The notes under the pieces: model-generated | What the model saw: only the letters and a program-made list of their open reading frames with translations | Databases searched by the model: none | What the model was told of the DNA's origin: nothing | Translations under genes and position numbers: made by a program | Assembly (NCBI RefSeq): GCF_044324875.1 | Contig: NZ_CP172185.1 | Strand: one strand, 5' to 3' | DNA: 64,000 bases | DNA from: Escherichia coli | Lineage (GTDB): Bacteria; Pseudomonadota; Gammaproteobacteria; Enterobacterales; Enterobacteriaceae | In this document: positions 19,770 through 34,240 of the stretch, piece by piece | Position numbering within the stretch: position 1 is the first letter of the stretch | How the letters are laid out: every line of letters begins with the position of its first letter

Positions 19770-21127
19770 TGAAAAGATTATCTATAACCGTCCGTTTAAC
19801 CTTGCTTTTTATATTGGTGCTGTCTGTTGCTGGCGCTGGAATTGTCTGGACTCTCTATAATGGCCTGGCAAGTGAGTTGAAATGGCGCGATGATACAACA
19901 CTCATTAACCGGACAGCGCAGATCAAGCAGTTGTTAATTGATGGGGTAAATCCAGATACGTTACCTGTGTACTTTAACCGGATGATGGATGTTAGTCAGG
20001 ATATCTTGATCATTCATGGTGATAGCATCAACAAAATTGTTAACCGGACGAATGTCAGTGATGACATGTTAAATAACATACCTGCTACTGAGACAATCAG
20101 CGCAGCTGGCATTTACAGAAGCATTATTAATGATACAGAGATAGATGCTTTACGAATTAATATTGATGAAGTTTCGCCATCATTAACGGTTACTGTGGCT
20201 AAATTGGCTTCAGCCAGACATAACATGCTTGAACAGTATAAAATTAATAGCATTATAATTTGCATTGTCGCCATTATACTTTGTTCAGTATTAAGTCCGC
20301 TGTTAATCAGAACGGGGTTACGAGAGATCAAAAAGTTGAGTGGTGTAACGGAAGCGCTGAATTATAACGATAACCGGGAGCCTGTTGAGGTTAGCGCATT
20401 ACCGAGAGAACTAAAACCTCTTGGGCAGGCGTTGAATAAAATGCACCAAGCCTTAGTCAAAGATTTTGAACGCCTAAGTCAATTTGCTGACGATCTCGCT
20501 CATGAACTTAGAACGCCAATTAATGCATTACTGGGTCAGAATCAGGTTACGCTCAGTCAAACCAGAAGTATCGCTGAATATCAAAAAACAATTGCCGGAA
20601 ACATTGAAGAGCTGGAAAATATTTCGCGGTTAACAGAGAACATACTGTTTCTTGCCAGGGCAGATAAAAATAATGTTTTGGTGAAACTGGACTCGCTTTC
20701 TCTCAATAAGGAAGTCGAAAATTTGTTGGACTATCTTGAATACCTTTCAGACGAGAAAGAGATTTGCTTTAAGGTCGAGTGCAATCAGCAAATCTTTGCG
20801 GATAAAATTTTACTACAACGAATGTTATCGAATCTTATTGTTAACGCTATTCGATATTCGCCAGAAAAATCGCGCATTCTTATAACCAGTTTTCTTGATA
20901 CCAACGGCTCTCTTAATATTGATATCGCCAGCCCTGGTACGAAAATTAATGAGCATGAAAAACTCTTCCGTAGATTTTGGCGCGGAGATAATTCGCGTCA
21001 TTCCGTAGGTCAGGGACTTGGTCTTTCTTTAGTCAAAGCGATTGCCGAATTGCATGGGGGAAGTGCTACGTATCACTATCTCAATAAGCTTAATGTGTTC
21101 CGGATTACGTTACCGCAAAGAAATTAA
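19769..21127 (+). CDS. hprS: Sensor histidine kinase HprS (YedV)
   Basis: 452 aa; two transmembrane segments, H-box LAHELRTPINAL, ATPase domain; coupled to hprR. Confidence 0.9.
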   Translation: MKRLSITVRLTLLFILVLSVAGAGIVWTLYNGLASELKWRDDTTLINRTAQIKQLLIDGVNPDTLPVYFNRMMDVSQDILIIHGDSINKIVNRTNVSDDMLNNIPATETISAAGIYRSIINDTEIDALRINIDEVSPSLTVTVAKLASARHNMLEQYKINSIIICIVAIILCSVLSPLLIRTGLREIKKLSGVTEALNYNDNREPVEVSALPRELKPLGQALNKMHQALVKDFERLSQFADDLAHELRTPINALLGQNQVTLSQTRSIAEYQKTIAGNIEELENISRLTENILFLARADKNNVLVKLDSLSLNKEVENLLDYLEYLSDEKEICFKVECNQQIFADKILLQRMLSNLIVNAIRYSPEKSRILITSFLDTNGSLNIDIASPGTKINEHEKLFRRFWRGDNSRHSVGQGLGLSLVKAIAELHGGSATYHYLNKLNVFRITLPQRN

Positions 21128-21233
21128 CATAGGGCTTCAGTACGCCATAAATTAACCGTGAAAAACGCAGCCACGTCGTGAGTATTAACGTGGCTGCGAT
21201 TGATTATGCGCTTACATTACAATGTAACAGGGA

Positions 21234-22085
21234 TTAACTCGAGTAAGCGGCCAGCATTTCCTGCGCCGCCAGTTTACCCAACGCATTCGCTGCGAAAGGA
21301 CTGTCGCCGGTGAGAACTTTACGGTCCTTATGTACTCGCCCGGTGATGTCGTCATTAATAATGTTCATGCCCATTTTCTTCAGCTCTTCGCCGAAGTACC
21401 AGGTGAGATGACCCGGCATATAGCCTATCTCTGGCGTTTGTTTGTCTGCGGCGTCTGGGAATGCGCAAATGGAATAACCATTCAGTGGGTTATCGCCGTG
21501 GCGAAGTGCCAGAAAAGCCGCCGGACCGTGGCAAAGGGATATAACAAAACGGTCATTTTTGATTGCCCACTGTAAAGCGGCAGCCACGTCCTGGCTTTCT
21601 GGTAAACCAATAAGTGCGCCATGACCACCAGGAACAAAGATTGCTGCATATTCGCTGTCAGCGTTGAGGCTGGCGACAACATCCGCGAGTTTATTCGGAT
21701 TGCGGAACAACGATTTATGCTGCTCAAAGAATGGCATTACTTTTTCATCTTTGTGTGGCATAGCCCAGTATTCAAACTTGGTCATCAGACCGGAAATGGT
21801 CGCCACTTCGAATTCGAAACCTGCAGCATGGAGATGATACAACGGCAGCAACGTTTCAATCGGATGGTTACCGGTCGAAAACAGTTTGCCGTTATCGGTC
21901 GGCAAATAACGTTCGTCCGCGGCGATCACCAGAATTTTATGTTTACCACGATAAGGTTTTGGGTAGTCCACGCCATCAAGATCAGAGACAGGACTAGTAT
22001 ATTGGCTAAGCGAATATTCTGAAGGGAAGAATGCATTATCTTCAGCAATATCGACCTGCGGATTTTTACTTGTTTGAACAGTCAT
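21234..22085 (-). CDS. hchA: Glyoxalase III / protein deglycase HchA (Hsp31)
   Basis: 283 aa, DJ-1/PfpI fold; matches HchA. Confidence 0.95.
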   Translation of the reverse strand: MTVQTSKNPQVDIAEDNAFFPSEYSLSQYTSPVSDLDGVDYPKPYRGKHKILVIAADERYLPTDNGKLFSTGNHPIETLLPLYHLHAAGFEFEVATISGLMTKFEYWAMPHKDEKVMPFFEQHKSLFRNPNKLADVVASLNADSEYAAIFVPGGHGALIGLPESQDVAAALQWAIKNDRFVISLCHGPAAFLALRHGDNPLNGYSICAFPDAADKQTPEIGYMPGHLTWYFGEELKKMGMNIINDDITGRVHKDRKVLTGDSPFAANALGKLAAQEMLAAYSS

Positions 22086-22676
22086 AGTGTATTCCTTATT
22101 GTTGCTTAGTTAGGGTAGTCACTATATTTGCGACTGAGCTGGTCGCTATTTTTAACCAGGCTGGAAAATTGAGTCAATATATCGAAAGCGGTAGTCGGCG
22201 GGTGTAAGTATGTAATGATGATGCTGCACTGGTGTTGAATATTATTCACGCCAAATTTTCCTTATTGAGCAACGTCGTCGCAAGTGGCCTCAATGATTTT
22301 AGACCATTATCAGAGGTCCGGGGCGGCAGGGAGAGATTTAGTGCTGTGGAATATTGTGGTGCTGATGAATATTTATATCCCGGATTGGTAGAGAAAAAGC
22401 TTTTTCCATGCACTTTTTTTGCAAATATTTCTGTATGGGAGGCGGTTTTGTTGCAGATTAATTCATAAAGAAATGCATTTGGGTGTTGGCTGGAAGAGTC
22501 GCGGGTAGATGTTATTGTGCCAGCAGGGGCAGGGTAAGGTACTGTATCGATATGCTTTGGCAATTGCATGTGCCGCAGAGGGAGATGAAATGCCAATAAA
22601 AAAGCCTGAGTTCGATGAGGGACGAACTCAGGCTAGTGTTAACTTTTACAGTAACACGCCGCGGCGCGTTGGCTGA

Positions 22677-23870
22677 TTAGAACTGGTAGACTAAGCCCAC
22701 AGCAACGATATCATCGGTAGCGATGCCGTTTGCTTTGTAGAAGTCGTCGTCGTTGTCCAGCAGGTTGATTTTGTAATCAACGTAGGTGGACATGTTTTTG
22801 TTGAAGTAGTAAGTCGCACCAATATCAACGTATTTAACCAGATCTTTATTGGTGTAACGTGGGTCGCCGTTGCCGTCATGAGCCCAACCACCTAAATCCT
22901 TACCTTTAGATTGCAGGTAAGCGATGGACGGGCGTAGGCCGAAGTCGAACTGATACTGAGCAACAACTTCAAAGTTTTGGGTTTTGTTCGCAATACCACC
23001 TCTGTCAATGTCGTTATTGTCTTTTCCGCTGCCATATGCAGTCATATTACGTGTTTCTGCATACATTGCCGCTAAATAGACATTATTCGCATCATATTTA
23101 GCACCGACTGTCCATGCTTCAGCTGTTTCACCACCAGCATATTTATTCGAGCGTTGCTCACCTAAACCAGTAGCACGTTGGTTATCAGTACGGTCAGAGT
23201 TTGAATATGCAGCCCCGAGGCTTAACCCGAAGTCAAAGTCATAGGAAGTGGACATACCGAAACCGTCACCATTTTCTTTAGACAGTTTACGATTATTACC
23301 ATTACCAGAACCTTCTTGATCCCAAAGCCCACCCGATCCTTCATTATTACCCTGATATTGCAGAGCAAAGTTCAGGCCATCGACCTGACCAAAGAAGCCA
23401 TTGTTACGGTAGGTTGCAACACCATTAGCACGACCGTTCAGGAAGTTGTCGGCACCAGCATAGGTATCGCCACCAAATTCTGGCAGCATATCGGTCCATG
23501 CTTCGATGTCATATACGACACCGTAGTTACGACCATAGTCGAAAGTACCATTCTGACCAAAGCCTAAACCTGCAAATGCCAGACGCGTTGCGGTATTACC
23601 TTTGTCGCTTTCAGGACCGTTTGCGCCAATGTTAAATTCCCACTGACCATAACCAGTGAATTGGTCAGCGATCTGAGTTTCACCTTTGAAACCGATACGG
23701 GCATATGACATGTCGCCATCGCTGCCAGCATCATCAGAGAAGTAGTGCAGGCCCGCTACTTTTCCGTACAAATCCAGTTTATTACCATCTTTATTATAGA
23801 CTTCAGCCGCATTTGCTGCGCCAGCAACTAATAACGCCGGGACCAGCATTGCCAGAACTTTTCTTTTCAT
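22677..23870 (-). CDS. yedS: OmpC/OmpF-family general porin YedS, apparently intact
   Basis: Signal peptide [37 protein letters not shown] porin N-terminus, C-terminal ...VGLVYQF; uninterrupted frame. Confidence 0.85.
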   Translation of the reverse strand: MKRKVLAMLVPALLVAGAANAAEVYNKDGNKLDLYGKVAGLHYFSDDAGSDGDMSYARIGFKGETQIADQFTGYGQWEFNIGANGPESDKGNTATRLAFAGLGFGQNGTFDYGRNYGVVYDIEAWTDMLPEFGGDTYAGADNFLNGRANGVATYRNNGFFGQVDGLNFALQYQGNNEGSGGLWDQEGSGNGNNRKLSKENGDGFGMSTSYDFDFGLSLGAAYSNSDRTDNQRATGLGEQRSNKYAGGETAEAWTVGAKYDANNVYLAAMYAETRNMTAYGSGKDNNDIDRGGIANKTQNFEVVAQYQFDFGLRPSIAYLQSKGKDLGGWAHDGNGDPRYTNKDLVKYVDIGATYYFNKNMSTYVDYKINLLDNDDDFYKANGIATDDIVAVGLVYQF

Positions 23871-24498
23871 TATGTATTCCCTTGTGATTATAATCTTCAT
23901 GAATATATCAATAAGTGCCGTTATCCAAAAAAAAGCACATTTGGATACTATTCTATGAAGTTCATTTTATTTTAAAGATTACATGTAACAAATATATTTA
24001 AAAGATTTCAAAATGTTTCTAATCTATTTAATATAATTCAGAATTATGAATTCTAAATATAAATATTCATGAAAATTATAAATGTATATCAATATGTTAT
24101 GAGTTGAGCGGAAACATAGGGGGTATCAATGATTGTTGCGCCAAACGGCTGGTGTGATCACGCGCACATTAATGAAGGCATAAAAAAAGCCGGCATCATG
24201 CCGGCCCAAAAAAAATAAACAAGACGATAAAAGGCTAATAACGGAAGCATCATGACACAGAATAATAAAAAGGTATAATTGTAATCAGTGCTAATATATT
24301 GATTGAATGAATTAATAAAGCCGATATCAAAGATAAATAAAATCGCTCAAAACGATTTTTCCTGTATTCACTGCCGTTGCGCAAAAATTATCTATTTGTT
24401 CAAAAAATGATTGAGTCTTGACTGGCTCATCCAATGTGGAAAAATGTGACTTTTATCACATAATAGTACTAAGTCTGAATTTTCCGGGTTATCTCAAA

Positions 24499-24801
24499 AT
24501 GGAATACGGTTCGACAAAGATGGAAGAGAGACTCTCTCGCAGCCCTGGCGGCAAATTGGCTTTGTGGGCTTTCTATACATGGTGTGGCTATTTCGTCTGG
24601 GCAATGGCGCGTTACATCTGGGTGATGAGCCGGATCCCTGATGCCCCGGTGTCGGGATTTGAAAGCGATTTAGGCTCTACCGCGGGAAAGTGGTTAGGGG
24701 CACTGGTTGGCTTTTTATTTATGGCTCTGGTCGGGGCATTGTTAGGCAGCATTGCCTGGTACACCCGACCTCGTCCCGCACGTAGCAGACGCTATGAATA
24801 A
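24499..24801 (+). CDS. yedR: Inner membrane protein YedR
   Basis: MEYGSTKMEERLSRSPGGKLALWAFYTWCGYFVW...; two predicted transmembrane helices; start uncertain. Confidence 0.7.
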   Translation: MEYGSTKMEERLSRSPGGKLALWAFYTWCGYFVWAMARYIWVMSRIPDAPVSGFESDLGSTAGKWLGALVGFLFMALVGALLGSIAWYTRPRPARSRRYE

Positions 24802-24840
24802 AAACTGCTAAGGTTGCGATTCTTTGGCAACGGAGCGCGT

Positions 24841-25535
24841 ATGGACTTACAACACTGGCAGGCACAGTTCGAAAACTGGTTGAAAAACCATCATCAGCAC
24901 CAGGACGCGGCCCATGACGTATGTCATTTTCGCCGCGTCTGGGCTACGGCACAGAAGCTGGCGGCAGATGACGATGTCGATTGCTGGTGATTTTAACCGC
25001 CTGTTATTTTCACGATATTGTGAGCCTGGCGAAAAATCATCCGCAACGGCAGCGTTCTTCAATCCTGGCGGCAGAAGAGACGCGTCGCCTGCTCCGTGAA
25101 GAGTTCGTGCAATTTCCGGCGGAGAAAATTGAGGCCGTTTGTCATGCCATTGCCGCGCACAGTTTCAGCGCGCAAATCGCCCCCTTAACAACGGAAGCTA
25201 AAATCGTCCAGGATGCGGATCGGCTGGAAGCCCTGGGGGCGATTGGCCTGGCGCGCGTGTTTGCCGTTTCAGGGGCATTGGGCGTGGCGCTGTTTGATGG
25301 TGAAGATCCGTTCGCACAGCATCGCCCGCTTGATGATAAACGCTACGCGCTGGATCATTTCCAGACTAAGTTGCTGAAGCTACCGCAAACCATGCAAACC
25401 GCAAGAGGCAAGCAGCTGGCGCAGCACAACGCGCAATTTTTAGTCGAGTTTATGGCGAAGCTCAGTGCCGAACTGGCGGGGGAGAATGAAGGTGTCGATC
25501 ACAAGGTGATAGATGCGTTTTCACCCGCGGGCTGA
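24841..25535 (+). pseudogene. yedJ: HD-domain phosphohydrolase yedJ, reading frame broken by an apparent 1-nt deletion near 24980
   Basis: ATG 24841 gives [49 protein letters not shown] then stop; the rest ([18 protein letters not shown]...) continues in another frame from 24981; the H...HD motif spans both parts. Confidence 0.7.
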
Positions 25536-25601
25536 GCGCGTGGCCCTAAATGGCTGTAATTATGTTAACCTGTCGGCCATCTCAGATGGCCGGTTAAATC
25601 T

Positions 25602-27020
25602 ATGCAGGAAAATATATCAGTAACCGATTCATACAGCACCGGGAATGCCGCACAGGCAATGCTGGAGAAACTGCTGCAAATTTATGATGTTAAAACGCTG
25701 GTGGCGCAGCTTAATGGTGTGGGTGAGAATCACTGGAGCGCGGCAATTTTAAAACGTGCACTGGCGAATGACTCGGCATGGCACCGTTTAAGTGAGAAAG
25801 AGTTCGCCCATCTGCAAACGTTGTTACCCAAACCACCGGCACATCATCCGCATTATGCGTTTCGCTTTATCGATCTATTCGCCGGAATTGGCGGCATTCG
25901 TCGCGGTTTTGAATCGATTGGCGGACAGTGCGTCTTTACCAGCGAATGGAACAAACATGCGGTTCGCACTTATAAAGCCAACCATTATTGCGATCCGGCG
26001 ACGCATCATTTTAATGAAGATATCCGCGACATCACCCTCAGCCATAAAGAAGGCGTGAGTGATGAGGCGGCGGCGGAACATATTCGTCAACACATTCCTG
26101 AACACGATGTATTACTGGCGGGTTTTCCTTGTCAGCCATTTTCGCTGGCTGGCGTATCGAAAAAGAACTCGCTCGGGCGGGCGCACGGTTTTGCCTGCGA
26201 TACCCAGGGCACGCTGTTCTTTGATGTGGTGCGCATTATCGACGCGCGTCGTCCGGCGATGTTTGTGCTCGAAAACGTCAAAAACCTGAAAAGTCACGAT
26301 AAAGGAAAAACGTTCCGCATCATCATGCAGACGCTGGAGGAACTGGGCTATGACGTGGCTGATGCAGAAGATAACGGGCCGGACGATCCGAAAATCATCG
26401 ATGGTAAACATTTCCTGCCGCAGCACCGTGAACGCATCGTGCTGGTGGGGTTTCGTCGCGATCTGAATCTGAAAGCCGATTTTACTCTGCGTGATATCAG
26501 CAAATGTTTCCCTGCACAGCGAGTGACGCTGGCGCAGCTGCTGGACCCGATGGTCGAGGCGAAATATATCCTGACGCCGGTGCTGTGGAAGTACCTCTAT
26601 CGTTATGCGAAAAAACATCAGGCACGCGGTAACGGCTTCGGTTATGGAATGGTTTATCCGAACAATCCGCAAAGCGTCACGCGTACGCTGTCTGCTCGTT
26701 ATTACAAAGATGGCGCGGAAATTTTAATCGATCGCGGTTGGGATATGGCCACGGGTGAGAAAGACTTTGACGATCCGCTGAATCAGCAACATCGTCCACG
26801 TCGGTTAACGCCTCGGGAATGCGCGCGCTTAATGGGTTTTGAAGCGCCGGGAGAAGCGAAATTCCGCATTCCGGTTTCGGACACTCAGGCCTATCGCCAG
26901 TTCGGTAACTCGGTGGTCGTACCGGTCTTTGCCGCGGTGGCAAAACTGCTTGAGCCAAAAATCAAACAGGCGGTGGCGTTGCGTCAGCAAGAGGCACAAC
27001 ATGGCCGACGTTCACGATAA
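25602..27020 (+). CDS. dcm: DNA-cytosine methyltransferase Dcm
   Basis: 472 aa; motif [13 protein letters not shown] motif [11 protein letters not shown] motif. Confidence 0.95.
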   Translation: MQENISVTDSYSTGNAAQAMLEKLLQIYDVKTLVAQLNGVGENHWSAAILKRALANDSAWHRLSEKEFAHLQTLLPKPPAHHPHYAFRFIDLFAGIGGIRRGFESIGGQCVFTSEWNKHAVRTYKANHYCDPATHHFNEDIRDITLSHKEGVSDEAAAEHIRQHIPEHDVLLAGFPCQPFSLAGVSKKNSLGRAHGFACDTQGTLFFDVVRIIDARRPAMFVLENVKNLKSHDKGKTFRIIMQTLEELGYDVADAEDNGPDDPKIIDGKHFLPQHRERIVLVGFRRDLNLKADFTLRDISKCFPAQRVTLAQLLDPMVEAKYILTPVLWKYLYRYAKKHQARGNGFGYGMVYPNNPQSVTRTLSARYYKDGAEILIDRGWDMATGEKDFDDPLNQQHRPRRLTPRECARLMGFEAPGEAKFRIPVSDTQAYRQFGNSVVVPVFAAVAKLLEPKIKQAVALRQQEAQHGRRSR

Positions 27021-27471
27021 GGCCACTCGCAGCAAAAATATGCGCGCGATTGCCACGCGTGATACGGCGATTGAGAAGCGCCTCGCCAGTCTGTTAACCG
27101 GGCTGGGCCTGGCGTTTCGCGTTCAGGACGCCAGTCTGCCCGGACGCCCGGATTTTGTCGTTGATGAATATCGCTGCGTGATATTTACCCACGGCTGCTT
27201 CTGGCACCATCATCACTGCTATTTGTTTAAAGTGCCTGCGACTCGAACCGAGTTCTGGCTGGAGAAGATAGGTAAAAATGTTGAACGCGATCGCCGCGAT
27301 ATCAGTCGCTTGCAGGAACTCGGCTGGCGCGTATTGATTGTCTGGGAGTGTGCGTTACGTGGGCGCGAGAAGCTGACGGATGAAGCGCTTAGCGAGCGTC
27401 TGGAAGAGTGGATCTGCGGCGAAGGTGCCAGCGCGCAGATCGACACGCAGGGGATTCATTTACTCGCTTGA
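27001..27471 (+). CDS. vsr: Very-short-patch repair endonuclease Vsr
   Basis: 156 aa [32 protein letters not shown]...; 20-nt overlap with the dcm 3' end, as known for dcm-vsr. Confidence 0.95.
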   Translation: MADVHDKATRSKNMRAIATRDTAIEKRLASLLTGLGLAFRVQDASLPGRPDFVVDEYRCVIFTHGCFWHHHHCYLFKVPATRTEFWLEKIGKNVERDRRDISRLQELGWRVLIVWECALRGREKLTDEALSERLEEWICGEGASAQIDTQGIHLLA

Positions 27472-28380
27472 TGCGTCCTGAATAACGGGCGCAACTACGG
27501 GTTTTGCCGGGAAGAGATATTTTCCCAACGTGACCAGTAACACCGCGAAGACAATCACGCCGAGCGCCAGCCATTCAATCTTCGACAGCGTCTCTCCGCC
27601 CAGTCCCGTACCCAGCAAGACCGCGACCACCGGGTTAACGTAGGCGTAGCTGGTGGCGAGAGCCGGACTGACGTTGCGGATTAAATACATATAAGCGTTA
27701 ATGGCGATAATTGAACCAAACAGCGCCAGATAGCCGACCGCAAGGAAGCCTGAAAGGGAAGGGAGCGCCGTCAGTTTTTCACCCGCAATCATCGACGCGA
27801 TCATTAACACCACGCCTGCTGCCAGCATCTCAATCGCACCCGCCATCATCCCTACAGGTAAGGTAATGCGCGAGCCATAAACCGAGCCAAACGCCCAGCT
27901 AATCGAGCCGATTAAAATCAGAATCGCGCCCCACGGATTGCCGCTTAAATTTCCACCGCTATAGAGCATGATGATTCCGGCAAGCCCAATGGCGATACCC
28001 ACCCATTCCAGTTTGCGCGTTTTAATGCCAAACAGGCGGCTGAAGCACAGGGTAAAGAGGGGCACGGTTGCAACCACTACGGCGGCGATGCCGGAAGGAA
28101 CATTTTGATGTTCGGCAACCGTCACCATGCCATTACCGACAGCCAGCAATAACAGGCCAATCAGCGCGGCATTGAGCAGCGGACGTAGCGGGGGGAGTTT
28201 GTGTCCGCGCAGTAGCAAAAATGCCAGCAATAAAATACCGGCTGCCAGGAATCGAACGCCCGCCATCATTAACGGCGGCCAGCTTTCCACGCCAATCCGA
28301 ATGACAAAATAGGTTGAGCCCCAAATGATATACAACGCAAACAACGCGCCAAAAAGCGGTAACAACTGGCGGAAACGCAT
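27460..28380 (-). CDS. yedA: EamA/DMT-family inner membrane transporter YedA
   Basis: 306 aa, ten predicted transmembrane helices. Confidence 0.9.
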   Translation of the reverse strand: MRFRQLLPLFGALFALYIIWGSTYFVIRIGVESWPPLMMAGVRFLAAGILLLAFLLLRGHKLPPLRPLLNAALIGLLLLAVGNGMVTVAEHQNVPSGIAAVVVATVPLFTLCFSRLFGIKTRKLEWVGIAIGLAGIIMLYSGGNLSGNPWGAILILIGSISWAFGSVYGSRITLPVGMMAGAIEMLAAGVVLMIASMIAGEKLTALPSLSGFLAVGYLALFGSIIAINAYMYLIRNVSPALATSYAYVNPVVAVLLGTGLGGETLSKIEWLALGVIVFAVLLVTLGKYLFPAKPVVAPVIQDASSE

Positions 28381-28552
28381 AATCCCTCACGGTGGAAATA
28401 AAAAGGTGGTTCATAGTAAACGTGAAAATCATTCTGCTGGCGAGAGATATAATTGCACTTGATTGTTAAAAAAATGTTGACCTGTGAAGCAAGTATCAGA
28501 GCTACCGTTTTTGCTTCATACTTACACCCTTCAACAATAAAAATGAGAGGGA

Positions 28553-29470
28553 ATGCTTTTGGCCGGGAGTAGTTTACTGACGTTGCTCGATGATATCGCC
28601 ACACTGCTGGACGATATCTCCGTGATGGGCAAACTGGCGGCGAAGAAAACCGCCGGTGTATTAGGGGATGACTTATCGCTCAATGCGCAACAAGTTTCAG
28701 GCGTGCGGGCCAACCGGGAACTTCCCGTGGTCTGGGGCGTGGCGAAAGGATCGCTGATCAATAAAGTGATTCTGGTGCCGCTGGCGCTGATCATCAGTGC
28801 GTTTATCCCGTGGGCGATTACGCCACTGTTGATGATTGGCGGCGCGTTTCTCTGCTTTGAAGGGGTAGAGAAAGTGCTGCATATGCTGGAGGCGCGTAAA
28901 CATAAAGAAGATCCGGCGCAGAGTCAGCAGCGTCTGGAGAAGCTGGCGGCGCAGGATCCGCTGAAGTTTGAAAAAGACAAAATAAAAGGGGCGATTCGTA
29001 CCGATTTTATATTGTCTGCGGAAATCGTCGCCATCACGCTGGGGATTGTGGCAGAAGCGCCGTTGCTTAATCAGGTGCTGGTGCTTTCAGGCATCGCGCT
29101 GGTAGTGACCGTGGGCGTCTATGGTCTGGTAGGGGTTATCGTTAAGATTGATGACCTGGGGTATTGGCTGGCGGAAAAATCCAGCGCGCTGATGCAGGCA
29201 TTAGGTAAAGGGTTATTGATCATTGCGCCCTGGTTGATGAAGGCGTTATCGATTGTCGGCACGCTGGCGATGTTCCTCGTCGGCGGCGGGATTGTGGTAC
29301 ATGGTATTGCGCCGCTGCATCACGCCATTGAACATTTCGCCGGGCAGCAAAGTGCAGTGGTGGCGATGATATTACCGACTGTTTTAAATCTGATTCTTGG
29401 TTTTATCATCGGCGGCATCGTGGTGCTGGGAGTGAAAGCCGTAGCGAAAATGCGCGGTCAGGCACATTAA
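28553..29470 (+). CDS. yedI: Inner membrane protein YedI (DUF808)
   Basis: 305 aa membrane protein; conserved position. Confidence 0.9.
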   Translation: MLLAGSSLLTLLDDIATLLDDISVMGKLAAKKTAGVLGDDLSLNAQQVSGVRANRELPVVWGVAKGSLINKVILVPLALIISAFIPWAITPLLMIGGAFLCFEGVEKVLHMLEARKHKEDPAQSQQRLEKLAAQDPLKFEKDKIKGAIRTDFILSAEIVAITLGIVAEAPLLNQVLVLSGIALVVTVGVYGLVGVIVKIDDLGYWLAEKSSALMQALGKGLLIIAPWLMKALSIVGTLAMFLVGGGIVVHGIAPLHHAIEHFAGQQSAVVAMILPTVLNLILGFIIGGIVVLGVKAVAKMRGQAH

Positions 29471-29548
29471 TACTCGCACTGGCTATTATGCAAAATTCGC
29501 CATCTTAAACTAAGGTGAACAAGTTTCACTCGAAAAAAGGAGGCGAGT

Positions 29549-29731
29549 ATGAGCTTTATGGTTAGTGAGGAAGTTACGGTTAAAGAGGGCGGCCCGCGGA
29601 TGATTGTCACCGGATACTCCAGCGGTATGGTTGAGTGTCGTTGGTATGACGGTTACGGGGTCAAGCGGGAAGCTTTTCATGAAACCGAGCTTGTTCCAGG
29701 GGAGGGGAGTCGTCCTGCGGAAGAAGTTTGA
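29549..29731 (+). CDS. yodC: Small protein YodC
   Basis: 60 aa MSFMVSEEVTVKEGGPRMIVTGYSSGMVECRWYDGYGVKREAFHETELV... Confidence 0.8.
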   Translation: MSFMVSEEVTVKEGGPRMIVTGYSSGMVECRWYDGYGVKREAFHETELVPGEGSRPAEEV

Positions 29732-29901
29732 AAGGGTATCATTAACACCAGGCCGGATCACATCCGGCCTGGTGTGCCAATGCCTGCAATGAATGATAGT
29801 CGCGTCTTATCATGCCACCATTATAAAATTATCGCTGTTTTGCGGTACGTTATCGCCGGGTTATGCCAGAATCATAAAAAAGCAGGTTGGGAGTCGTCAG
29901 G

Positions 29902-32426
<2,525 letters not shown>

Positions 32427-32605
32427 TTACCAGGATGATTCTCAAAACAGCACAAATTATCAAAGATGTTTTTTTCGGGAGCGATCCCGTTGACGCCAGA
32501 GCCACCAAGGGGTGACGCGCGTCACATTTCTATTCATAAGTAGCGTTAATCATTCATATCACGAATATTTTCTTGTCAGCGAAAAAAATTGCGGATAAGG
32601 TGATG

Positions 32606-32693
32606 AACACATCAGATTTCCTGGTGTAACGAATTTTTTAAGTGCTTCTTGCTTAAGCAAGTTTCATCCCGACCCCCTCAGGGTCGGGATTTT
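32606..32693 (+). ncRNA. dsrA: Small regulatory RNA DsrA
   Basis: AACACATCAGATTTCCTGGTGTAACGAATTTTTTAAGTGCTTCTTGCTTAAGCAAGTTTCATCCCGACCCCCTCAGGGTCGGGATTT; matches DsrA, with the terminal stem-loop and U tract. Confidence 0.9.
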
Positions 32694-32705
32694 TTTATTG
32701 TGCAT

Positions 32706-32933
32706 TCAACGATTCACTTCAGAGACGCTGAAGTCATGAATATCCAGTTCGAAGGCATCCGCCAATTCACGCCATGTATGATATTCACGTCCATCGACGC
32801 TAACGTGTTCAGAATCGTTCTGGCTGCGATGAACTTCGCTTTCGCTAATTTCATTGATCGCCGCCAGCAGGGCATCGACATCGACGCTGACCTCACGTTT
32901 TGCGGTATCGCTGTACTCTTTTGCGGTTTTCAT
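32706..32933 (-). CDS. yodD: Stress-induced protein YodD
   Basis: 75 aa MKTAKEYSDTAKREVSVDVDALLAAINEISESEV... Confidence 0.85.
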   Translation of the reverse strand: MKTAKEYSDTAKREVSVDVDALLAAINEISESEVHRSQNDSEHVSVDGREYHTWRELADAFELDIHDFSVSEVNR

Positions 32934-33005
32934 CATCTTTCCTCGCAACCGTTACTCTGGTGTTGCCGCCAGTCGTTAAGTCCGCCTGGCATCTCTTAAG
33001 TATAG

Positions 33006-33284
<279 letters not shown>

Positions 33285-33327
33285 TCTAATTCAGCCTGAC
33301 TGGTGGGAAACCACCAGTCAGAATGTG

Positions 33328-33951
33328 TTAGCGCATGTTGACAAAAATACCATTAGTCACATTATCCGTCAGTCGGACGACATGGTAGATAACCTGTTTA
33401 TTATGCGTTTTGATCTTACGTTTAATATTACCTTTATGCGATGAAACGGTCTTGGCTTTGATATTCATTTGGTCAGAGATTTGAATGGTTCCCTGACCTG
33501 CCATCCACATTCGCAACATACTCGATTCGGTTCGGCTCAATGATAACGTCGGCATATTTAAAAACGAGGTTATCGTTGTCTCTTTTTTCAGAATATCGCC
33601 AAGGATATCGTCGAGAGATTCCGGTTTAATCGATTTAGAACTGATCAATAAATTTTTTCTGACCAATAGATATTCATCAAAATGAACATTGGCAATTGCC
33701 ATAAAAACGATAAATAACGTATTGGGATGTTGATTAATGATGAGCTTGATACGCTGACTGTTAGAAGCATCGTGGATGAAACAGTCCTCATTAATAAACA
33801 CCACTGAAGGGCGCTGTGAATCACAAGCTATGGCAAGGTCATCAACGGTTTCAATGTCGTTGATTTCTCTTTTTTTAACCCCTCTACTCAACAGATACCC
33901 GGTTAAACCTAGTCGGGTGTAACTACATAAATCCATAATAATCGTTGACAT
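33328..33951 (-). CDS. rcsA: Capsule synthesis regulator RcsA (LuxR-type)
   Basis: 207 aa; C-terminal LuxR HTH; convergent with dsrA as in K-12. Confidence 0.95.
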
Positions 33952-34240
33952 GGCATACCCTCACTCAATGCGTAACGATAATTCCCCTTACCTGAATATT
34001 TCATCATGACTAAACGGAACAACATGGGTCACCTAATGCGCCACTCTCGCGATTTTTCAGGCGGACTTACTATCCCGTAAAGTGTTGTATAATTTGCCTG
34101 GAATTGTCTTAAAGTAAAGTAAATGTTGCGATATGTGAGTGAGCTTAAAACAAATATTTCGCCGCAGGAGTATCCTGGAAGATGTTCGTAGGTATTATTT
34201 TTCGGATAATCCTTAGGATAACATGATAAACGTTACGGAA

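Noticed and set aside
24981-25535. Treating the 184-aa ORF as a complete shorter yedJ
   Set aside because: It starts at a TTG inside the HD domain and the upstream 46 codons in another frame carry the start of the same domain; a frameshifted gene explains both.
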